A DNA stretch of 29,148 nucleotides from Balanoglossus misakiensis. Lineage: Eukaryota > Animalia > Hemichordata. Location: positions 16,404,956 through 16,434,103 of the forward strand of contig CM082579.2 in NCBI GenBank assembly GCA_040954595.2, read 5' to 3'. The notes below the pieces were generated by a model. That model was given only the letters and a program-made list of their open reading frames with translations, made no database searches and had not been told where the DNA came from. The first letter of the stretch is position 1. Every line of letters begins with the position of its first letter. A program made the position numbers and the translations under genes. Shown here piece by piece: positions 1 through 11,145 of the stretch.

Positions 1-3000
1 TTTTGAGATTTTGCAAAGAGGAAAATTTGTCATTTTTTGATGATTTTCACCCATGATTTTTTTTCAAAAATCGACGAAATTTTGAGATTTTGCAAAGAGG
101 AAAATTTGTCATTTTTTCATGATTTTCCCCTATGATTTTTTTCACAAATCGACGAAATTTTGTGATTTTGCAAAGTCGAAAATTTTGTCATTTTTTGATG
201 ATTTTCAACCATGATTTTTTTTCAAAAATCGACGAAATTTTGAGATTTTGCAAAATCGAAAAATTTGTCATTTTTTAAAGATTTTCCCCCAATGGTTTTT
301 TTCAAAATCGACGAAATTTTGAGATTTTGCAAAGTCGAAAATTTGTCATTTTTTGATGATTTTCCCCCATGATTTTTTTTCAAAAATGGACGAAATTTTG
401 AGATTTTGCAAAGACGAAAATTTGTCATTTTTTGATGATTTTCACCCATGATTTTTTTTCAAAAATCGACGAAATTTTGAGATTTTGCAAAGTCGAAAAT
501 GTGTCATTTTTTGATGATTTTCACCCGTTTTTTTTCAAAATTTGTCATTTTTTGATGATTTTCACCCATGATTTTTTTTCAAAAATCGACGAAATTTTGA
601 GATTTTGCAAAGTCGAAAATTTGTCATTTTTTGATGATTTTCACCCATGATTTTTTTCAAAAATCGACGAAATGTTGAGATTTTGCAAAGTCGAAAATTT
701 GTCATTTTTTGATGATTTTCACCCATGATTTTTTTCAAAAAATCGACGAAATGTTGAGATTTTGCAAAGTCGAAAATTTTGTCATTTTTTGATGATTTTC
801 AACCATGATTTTTTTCAAAAATCGACGAAATTTTGAGATTTTGCAAAGTCAAAAATGTGTCATTTTTTGATGATTTTCACCCGTTTTTTTTTCAAAATTT
901 GTCATTTTTTCATGATTTTCACCCATGATTTTTTTCAAAAATCGACGAAATTTTGTGATTTTGCAAAGTCGAAAATTTTGTCATTTTTTGATGATTTTCA
1001 ACCATGATTTTTTTTTCAAAAATCGACGAAATTTTGTGATTTTACAAAGTCGAAAATTTTGTCATTTTTTGATGATTTTCAACCATGATTTTTTTTCAAA
1101 AATCGACGAAAATTTGAGATTTTGCAAAGACGAAAATTTGTCATTTTTGATGATTTTTACCCATGATTTTTTTTCAAAAATGGACGAAATTTTGAGATTT
1201 TGCAAAGACGAAAATTTGTCATTTTTTGATGATTTTCACCCATGATTTTTTTTCAAAAAACGACGAAATTTTGAGATTTTGCAAAGAGGAAAATTTGTCA
1301 TTTTTTCATGATTTTCACCCATGATTTTTTTCAAAAATCGACGAAATTTTGAGATTTTGCAAAAGAGGAAAATTTGTCATTTTTTCATGATTTTCCCCCA
1401 TGATTTTTTTCAAAAATCTGCCCCCATGATTTTTTTCAAAATTCGACGAAAATTTGAGATTTTGCAAAGACGAAAATTTGTCATTTTTGATGATTTTTAC
1501 CCATGATTTTTTTCAAAAATGGACGAAATTTTGAGATTTTGCAAAGACGAAAATTTGTCATTTTTTGATGATTTTCACCAATGATTTTTTTTCAAAAAAC
1601 GACGAAATTTTGAGATTTTGCAGAGGAAAATGTGTCATTTTTGATGATTTTCACCCGTTTTTTTTTTCAAAATTTGTCATTTTTTGATGATTTTCTCCCA
1701 TGATTTTTTTCAAAAATTGACGAAATTTTGAGATTTTGCAAAGTCGAAAATTTGTCATTTTTGATGATTTTCCCCCATGTTTTTTTTTTTAAATGGACGA
1801 AATTTTGAGATTTTGCAAAGACGAAAATTTGTTATTTTTTGATGATTTTCACCCATGATTTTTTCAAAAATTTACGAAATTTTGAGATTTTGCAAAGTCG
1901 AAAATTTGTCATTTTTTGATGATTTTCACACATGATTTTTTTCAAAAATCGACGAAATTGTGAGATTTTGCAAAGACGAAAATTTGTCATTCTTTGATGA
2001 TTTTTACCCATGATTTTTTTTCAAAAATGGACGAAATTTTGAGGTTTTGCAAAGTCGAAAATTTGTCATTTTTTGATGATTTTCACACATGATTTTTTTC
2101 AAAAATCGACGAAATTGTTAGATTTTGCAAAGACGAAAATTTGTCATTTTTTGATGATTTTCACCCATGTCTTTTTTTAAAAATCGACGAAATTTTGAGA
2201 TTTAGCAAAGAGGAAAATTTGTCATTTTTTCATGATTTTCCCCCATGATTTTTTTCAAAAATCGACGAAATTTTGAGATTTTGCAAAGTCGACTAAAATG
2301 TGTCATTTTTTGATGATTTTCAACCGTTTTTTTTCAAAATTTGTCATTTTTTTGATGATTTTCACTCATGTTTTTTTTTTTTAAATCGACGAACCTATGA
2401 TTTTTTTCAAAATCGACGAAATTTTGTGATTTTACAAAGTCGAAAATTTTGTCATTTTTTGATGATTTTCAACCATGATTTTTTTTCAAAAATCGACGAA
2501 AATTTGAGATTTTGCAAAGACGAAAATTTGTCATTTTTGATGATTTTTACCCATGATTTTTTTTCAAAAATGGACGAAATTTTGAGATTTTGCAAAGACG
2601 AAAATTTGTCATTTTTTGATGATTTTCACCCATGATTTTTTTTCAAAAATCGACGAAATTTTGAGATTTTGCAAAGAGGAAAATTTGTCATTTTTTCATG
2701 ATTTTCCCCCATGATTTTTTTCAAAAATCGACGAAATTTTGAGATTTTGCAAAGTCGACTAAAATGTGTCATTTTTTGATGATTTTCAACCGTTTTTTTT
2801 TCAAAATTTGTCATTTTTTGATGATTTTCACTCATGTTTTTTTTTTTTAAAATCGACGAACCTATGATTTTTTTCAAAATCGACGAAATTTTGTGATTTT
2901 ACAAAGTCGAAAATTTTGTCATTTTTTGATGATTTTCAACCATGATTTTTTTTCAAAAATCGACGAAAATTTGAGATTTTGCAAAGACGAAAATTTGTCA

Positions 3001-6000
3001 TTTTTGATGATTTTTACCCATGATTTTTTTTCAAAAATGGACGAAATTTTGAGATTTTGCAAAGACGAAAATTTGTCATTTTTTGATGATTTTCACCCAT
3101 GATTTTTTTTCAAAAATCGACGAAATTTTGAGATTTTGCAAAGAGGAAAATTTGTCATTTTTTCATGATTTTCCCCTATGATTTTTTTCAAAAATCGACG
3201 AAATTTTGTGATTTTACAAAGTCGAAAATTTTGTCATTTTTTGATGATTTTCAACCATGATTTTTTTTCAAAAATCGACGAAAATTTGAGATTTTGCAAA
3301 GACGAAAATTTGTCATTTTTGATGATTTTTACCCGATTTTTTTTCAAAAATGGACGAAATTTTGAGATTTTGCAAAGAGGAAAATTTGTCATTTTTTCAT
3401 GATTTTCCCCCATGATTTTTTTCAAAAATCGACGAAATTTTGAGATTTTGCAAAGTCGACTAAAATGTGTCATTTTTTGATGATTTTCAACCGTTTTTTT
3501 TTCAAAATTTGTCATTTTTTGATGATTTTCACTCATGTTTTTTTTTTTAAAAATCGACGAACCTATGATTTTTTTTCAAAATCGACGAAATTTTGTGATT
3601 TTACAAAGTCGAAAATTTTGTCATTTTTTGATGATTTTCAACCATGATTTTTTTTCAAAAATCGACGAAAATTTGAGATTTTGCAAAGACGAAAATTTGT
3701 CATTTTTGATGATTTTTACCCATGATTTTTTTTCAAAATGGACGAAATTTTGAGATTTTGCAAAGACGAAAATTTGTCATTTTTTGATGATTTTCACCCA
3801 TGATTTTTTTTTTTAAAATCGACGAACCTATGATTTTTTTCAAAATCGACGAAATTTTGTGATTTTACAAAGTCGAAAATTTTGTCATTTTTTGATGATT
3901 TTCAACCATGATTTTTTTTCAAAAATCGACGAAAATTTGAGATTTTGCAAAGACGAAAATTTGTCATTTTTGATGATTTTTACCCATGATTTTTTTTCAA
4001 AAATGGACGAAATTTTGAGATTTTGCAAAGACGAAAATTTGTCATTTTTTGATGATTTTCACCCATGATTTTTTTTCAAAAATCGACGAAATTTTGAGAT
4101 TTTGCAAAGAGGAAAATTTGTCATTTTTTCATGATTTTCCCCTATGATTTTTTTCAAAAATCGACGAAATTTTGTGATTTTACAAAGTCGAAAATTTTGT
4201 CATTTTTTGATGATTTTCAACCATGATTTTTTTTCAAAAATCGACGAAAATTTGAGATTTTGCAAAGACGAAAATTTGTCATTTTTGATGATTTTTACCC
4301 ATGATTTTTTTTCAAAAATGGACGAAATTTTGAGATTTTGCAAAGACGAAAATTTGTCATTTTTTGATGATTTTCACCCATGATTTTTTTTCAAAAATCG
4401 ACGAAATTTTGAGATTTTGCAAAGTCGTAAATGTGTCATTTTTTGATGATTTTCACCAGTTTTTTTTTTTCAAAATTTGTCATTTTTTCATGATTTTCCC
4501 CCATGATTTTTTTCAAAAATCGACGAAAATTTGAGATTTTGCAAAGACGAAAATTTGTCATTTTTGATGATTTTTACCCATGATTTTTTTTTCAAAAATG
4601 GACGAAATTTTGAGATTTTGCAAAGACGAAAATTTGTCATTTTTTCATGATTTTCCCCCATGATTTTTTTCAAAAATCGACGAAAATTTGAGATTTTGCA
4701 AAGACGAAAATTTGTCATTTTTGATGATTTTTACCCATGATTTTTTTTCAAAAATGGACGAAATTTTGAGATTTTGCAAAGACGAAAATTTGTCATTTTT
4801 TGATGATTTTCACCCATGATTTTTTTTCAAAAATCGACGAAATTTTGAGATTTTGCAAAGAGGAAAATTTGTCATTTTTTCATGATTTTCCCCCATGATT
4901 TTTTTCAAAAATCGACGAAATTTTGAGATTTTGCAAAGTCGACTAAAATGTGTCATTTTTTGATGATTTTCAACTTTTTTTTTTTCAAAATTTGTCATTT
5001 TTTTCATGATTTTCCCCCATGATTTTTTTCAAAAATCGACGAAAATTTGAGATTTTGCAAAGACGAAAATTTGTCATTTTTGATGATTTTTACCCATGAT
5101 TTTTTTTCAAAAATGGACGAAATTTTGAGATTTTGCAAAGACGAAATTTGTCATTTTTTCATGATTTTCCCCCATGATTTTTTTCAAAAATCGACGAAAA
5201 TTTGAGATTTTGCAAAGACGAAAATTTGTCATTTTTGATGATTTTTACCCATGATTTTTTTCAAAAATGGACGAAATTTTGAGATTTTGCAAAGACGAAA
5301 ATTTGTCATTTTTTGATGATTTTCACCCATGATTTTTTTTCAAAAACCGACGAAATTTTGAGATTTTGCAAAGAGGAAAATTTGTCATTTTTTCATGATT
5401 TTCCCCCATGATTTTTTTCAAAAATCGACGAAATTTTGAGATTTTGCAAAGTCGACTAAAATGTGTCATTTTTTGATGATTTTCAACTTTTTTTTTTTCA
5501 AAATTTGTCATTTTTTGATGATTTTCACTCATGTTTTTTTTTTTAAAAATCGACGAACCTATGATTTTTTTCAAAATCGACGAAATTTTGTGATTTTACA
5601 AAGTCGAAAATTTTGTCATTTTTTGATGATTTTCAACCATGATTTTTTTTCAAAAATCGACGAAAATTTGAGATTTTGCAAAGACGAAAATTTGTCATTT
5701 TTGATGATTTTTACCCATGATTTTTTTTCAAAAATGGACGAAATTTTGAGATTTTGCAAAGAGGAAAATTGTCATTTTTTCATGATTTTCCCCCATGATT
5801 TTTTTCAAAAATCGACGAAATTTTGTGATTTTACAAAGTCGAAAATTTTGTCATTTTTTGATGATTTTCAACCATGATTTTTTTTCAAAAATGGACGAAA
5901 TTTTGAGATTTTGCAAAGACGAAAATTTGTCATTTTTTGATGATTTTCACCCATGATTTTTTTTCAAAAATCGACGAAATTTTGAGATTTTGCAAAGAGG

Positions 6001-6050
6001 AAAATTTGTCATTTTTTCATGATTTTCCCCCATGATTTTTTTCAAAAATC

Positions 6051-9000
6051 GACGAAATTTTGAGATTTTGCAAAGTCGACTAAAATGTGTCATTTTTTGA
6101 TGATTTTCAACTTTTTTTTTTTCAAAATTTGTCATTTTTTGATGATTTTCACTCATGTTTTTTTTTTTAAAAATCGACGAACCTATGATTTTTTTCAAAA
6201 TCGACGAAATTTTGTGATTTTACAAAGTCGAAAATTTTGTCATTTTTTGATGATTTTCAACCATGATTTTTTTTCAAAAATCGACGAAAATTTGAGATTT
6301 TGCAAAGACGAAAATTTGTCATTTTTGATGATTTTTACCCATGATTTTTTTTCAAAAATGGACGAAATTTTGAGATTTTGCAAAGACGAAAATTTGTCAT
6401 TTTTTGATGATTTTCACCCATGATTTTTTTTCAAAAATCGACGAAATTTTGAGATTTTGCAAAGAGGAAAATTTGTCATTTTTTCATGATTTTCCCCCAT
6501 GATTTTTTTCAAAAATCGACGAAATTTTGTGATTTTACAAAGTCGAAAATTTTGTCATTTTTTGATGATTTTCAACCATGATTTTTTTTCAAAAATCGAC
6601 GAAAATTTGAGATTTTGCAAAGACGAAAATTTGTCATTTTTGATGATTTTTACCCATGATTTTTTTTCAAAAATGGACGAAATTTTGAGATTTTGCAAAG
6701 ACGAAAATTTGTCATTTTTTGATGATTTTCACCCATGATTTTTTTTCAAAAATCGACGAAATTTTGAGATTTTGCAAAGAGGAAAATTTGTCATTTTTTC
6801 ATGATTTTCCCCCATGATTTTTTTCAAAAATCGACGAAATTTTGTGATTTTACAAAGTCGAAAATTTTGTCATTTTTTGATGATTTTCAACCATGATTTT
6901 TTTTCAAAAATCGACGAAAATTTGAGATTTTGCAAAGACGAAAATTTGTCATTTTTGATGATTTTTACCCATGATTTTTTTTCAAAAATGGACGAAATTT
7001 TGAGATTTTGCAAAGACGAAAATTTGTCATTTTTTGATGATTTTCACCCATGATTTTTTTTCAAAAATCGACGAAATTTTGAGATTTTGCAAAGTCGTAA
7101 ATGTGTCATTTTTTGATGATTTTCACCAGTTTTTTTTTTTCAAAATTTGTCATTTTTTCATGATTTTCCCCCATGATTTTTTTCAAAAATCGACGAAAAT
7201 TTGAGATTTTGCAAAGACGAAAATTTGTCATTTTTGATGATTTTTACCCATGATTTTTTTTCAAAAATGGACGAAATTTTGAGATTTTGCAAAGACGAAA
7301 ATTTGTCATTTTTTCATGATTTTCACCCATGATTTTTTTCAAAAATCGACGAAATTTTGAGATTTTGCAAAGAGGAAAATTTGTCATTTTTTCATGATTT
7401 TCCCCCATGATTTTTTTCAAAAATCGACGAAAATTTGAGATTTTGCAAAGACGAAAATTTGTCATTTTTGATGATTTTTACCCATGATTTTTTTTCAGAA
7501 ATGGACGAAATTTTGAGATTTTGCAAAGACGAAAATTTGTCATTTTTTGATTATTTTCACCAATGATTTTTTTTCAAAAAACGACGAAATTTTGAGATTT
7601 TGCAGAGGAAAATGTGTCATTTTTTGATGATTTTCACCCGTTTTTTTTTTTTTTCAAAATTTGTCATTATTTGATGATTTTCTCCCATGATTTTTTTCAA
7701 AAATTGACGAAATTTTGAGATTTTGCAAAGTCGACTAAAATGTGTCATTTTTTGATGATTTTCAACTTTTTTTTTTTCAAAATTTGTCATTTTTTGATGA
7801 TTTTCACTCATGTTTTTTTTTTTAAAAATCGACGAACCTATGATTTTTTTCAAAATCGACGAAATTTTGTGATTTTACAAAGTCGAAAATTTTGTCATTT
7901 TTTGATGATTTTCAACCATGATTTTTTTTCAAAAATCGACGAAAATTTGAGATTTTGCAAAGACGAAAATTTGTCATTTTTGATGATTTTTACCCATGAT
8001 TTTTTTTCAAAAATGGACGAAATTTTGAGATTTTGCAAAGACGAAAATTTGTCATTTTTTGATGATTTTCACCCATGATTTTTTTTCAAAAATCGACGAA
8101 ATTTTGAGATTTTGCAAAGAGGAAAATTTGTCATTTTTTCATGATTTTCCCCCATGATTTTTTTCCAAAATCGACGAAATTTTGTGATTTTACAAAGTCG
8201 AAAATTTTGTCATTTTTTGATGATTTTCAACCATGATTTTTTTTCAAAAATCGACGAAAATTTGAGATTTTGCAAAGACGAAAATTTGTCATTTTTGATG
8301 ATTTTTACCCATGATTTTTTTTCAAAAATGGACGAAATTTTGAGATTTTGCAAAGACGAAAATTTGTCATTTTTTGATGATTTTCACCCATGATTTTTTT
8401 TCAAAAATCGACGAAATTTTGAGATTTTGCAAAGAGGAAAATTTGTCATTTTTTCATGATTTTCCCCCATGATTTTTTTCAAAAATCGACGAAATTTTGT
8501 GATTTTACAAAGTCGAAAATTTTGTCATTTTTTGATGATTTTCAACCATGATTTTTTTTCAAAAATCGACGAAAATTTGAGATTTTGCAAAGACGAAAAT
8601 TTGTCATTTTTGATGATTTTTACCCATGATTTTTTTTCAAAAATGGACGAAATTTTGAGATTTTGCAAAGACGAAAATTTGTCATTTTTTGATGATTTTC
8701 ACCCATGATTTTTTTTCAAAAATCGACGAAATTTTGAGATTTTGCAAAGTCGTAAATGTGTCATTTTTTGATGATTTTCACCAGTTTTTTTTTTTCAAAA
8801 TTTGTCATTTTTTCATGATTTTCCCCCATGATTTTTTTCAAAAATCGACGAAAATTTGAGATTTTGCAAAGACGAAAATTTGTCATTTTTGATGATTTTT
8901 ACCCATGATTTTTTTTCAAAAATGGACGAAATTTTGAGATTTTGCAAAGACGAAAATTTGTCATTTTTTCATGATTTTCACCCATGATTTTTTTCAAAAA

Positions 9001-9389
9001 TCGACGAAATTTTGAGATTTTGCAAAGAGGAAAATTTGTCATTTTTTCATGATTTTCCCCCATGATTTTTTTCAAAAATCGACGAAAATTTGAGATTTTG
9101 CAAAGACGAAAATTTGTCATTTTTGATGATTTTTACCCATGATTTTTTTTCAGAAATGGACGAAATTTTGAGATTTTGCAAAGACGAAAATTTGTCATTT
9201 TTTGATTATTTTCACCAATGATTTTTTTTCAAAAAACGACGAAATTTTGAGATTTTGCAGAGGAAAATGTGTCATTTTTTGATGATTTTCACCCGTTTTT
9301 TTTTTTTTTCAAAATTTGTCATTATTTGATGATTTTCTCCCATGATTTTTTTCAAAAATTGACGAAATTTTGAGATTTTGCAAAGTCGA
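6051..9389. repeat. Tandem duplication of a 1655-bp module (6051-7705 and 7706-9360)
   Basis: ORF pairs are offset by exactly 1655 (6085/7740, 6499/8154, 6814/8469, 7244/8899, 7617/9272). Both copies share rare markers (CAGAAATGG, GATTATTTTCACCAATG, GCAGAGG, GTCATTATTTG). A chimeric junction monomer lies at 7706-7734. Confidence 0.93.
6497..7126. repeat. Representative 315-bp 4-mer higher-order unit (monomer variants D-E-F-G)
   Basis: Four distinguishable monomers occur in fixed order: D (GTGATTTTACAAAGTCGAAAATTTT..CAA), E (GACGAAAATTTGAG..TTTTTAC, 78 bp), F (AAAAATGGACG) and G (AAAGAGG..TTCATGATTTTCCC). Matching ORFs recur at 315-bp spacing: 6499/6814, 8154/8469, 13663/13978, 16927/17242, 19266/19581, 22530/22845, 24476/24791, 28543/28858. 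Confidence 0.95.
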
Positions 9390-11145
9390 AAATTTGTCAT
9401 TTTTTGATGATTTTCACCCATGATTTTTTTCAAAAATCGACGAAATTTTGAGATTTTGCAAAGTCGAAAATTTGTCATTTTTTGATGATTTTCCCCTATG
9501 TTTTTTTTTTTAAATGGACGAAATTTTGAGATTTTGCAAAGACGAAAATTTGTTATTTTTTGATGATTTTCACCCATGATTTTTTCAAAAATTGACGAAA
9601 TTTTGAGATTTTGCAAAGTCGAAAATTTGTCATTTTTTGATGATTTTAACACATGATTTTTTTCAAAAATCGACGAAATTGTGAGATTTTGCAAAGACGA
9701 AAATTTGTCATTTTTTGATGATTTTTACCCATGATTTTTTTTCAAAAATGGACGAAATTTTGAGGTTTTGCAAAGTCGAAAATTTGTTATTTTTTGATGA
9801 TTTTCACCCATGTCTTTTTTTAAAAATCGACGAAATTTTGAGATTTTGCAAAGAGGAAAATTTGTCATTTTTTCATGATTTTCCCCCATGATTTTTTTCA
9901 AAAATCGACGAAATTTTGAGATTTTGCAAAGTCGACGAAAATGTGTCATTTTTTGATGATTTTCACCCGTTTTTTTTCAAAATTTGTCATTTTTTGATGA
10001 TTTTCACCCATGTTTTTTTTTTAAAAAATCGACGAACCTATGATTTTTTTCAAAATCGACGAAATTTTGTGATTTTACAAAGTCGAAAATTTTGTCATTT
10101 TTTGATGATTTTCAACCATGATTTTTTTTCAAAAATCGACGAAAATTTGAGATTTTGCAAAGACAAAAATTTGTCATTTTTGATGATTTTTACCCATGAT
10201 TTTTTTTCAAAAATGGACGAAATTTTGAGATTTTGCAAAGAGGAAAATTTTTCATTTTTTCATGATTTTCCCCCATGATTTTTTTCAAAAATCGACGAAA
10301 TTTTGAGATTTTGCAGTCAAAAATTTGTCATTTTTTGATGATTTTCAACAATTTTTTTAAAAAATCGACGAAAATTTGAGATTTTGCAGTAAAAAATTTG
10401 TCATTTTTTGATGATTTTCACCCATGATTTTTTCAAAATTGGCAAAATTTTGAGATTTTGTAGTCGTTAATTTGTAATTTTTTGATGATTTTCCCCCATG
10501 ATTTTTTTCAAAAATCAACGAAATTTTGAGATTTTGCAAAGTCGACGAAAATGTGTAATTTTTTGATGATTTTCACCCATTTTTTTTCAAAAATCGACGA
10601 AATTTTGAGATTTTGCAAAGAGGAAAATTTGTCATTTTTTGATGATTTTCAACCATGATTTTTTTTCAAAAATCGACGAAAATTTGAGATTTTGCAAAGA
10701 TGAAAATCTGTCATTTTTGATGATTTTTACCCATAATTTTTTTTCAGAAATGGACGAAATTTTGAGATTTTGCGAAGACGAAAATTTGTCATTTTTTGAT
10801 GATTTTCACCCATGATTTTTTTTCAAAAATGGACGAAATTTTGAGATTTTGCAAAGACGAAAATTTGTCATTTTTTGATGATTTTCCCCCATGATTTTTT
10901 TCAAAAATCAACGAAATTTTGAGATTTTGCAAAGTCGAAAATTTGTCATTTTTAGATGATTTTCACCCGTCTTTTTTAAAAAAATCACCCCATGATTTTT
11001 TTCAAAAATCGACGAAAATTTGAGATTTTGCAAAGACGAAAATTTGTCATTTTTGATGATTTTTACCCATGATTTTTTTTCAAAAATGGACGAAATTTTG
11101 AGATTTTGCAAAGACGAAAATTTGTCATTTTTTGATGATTTTCAC

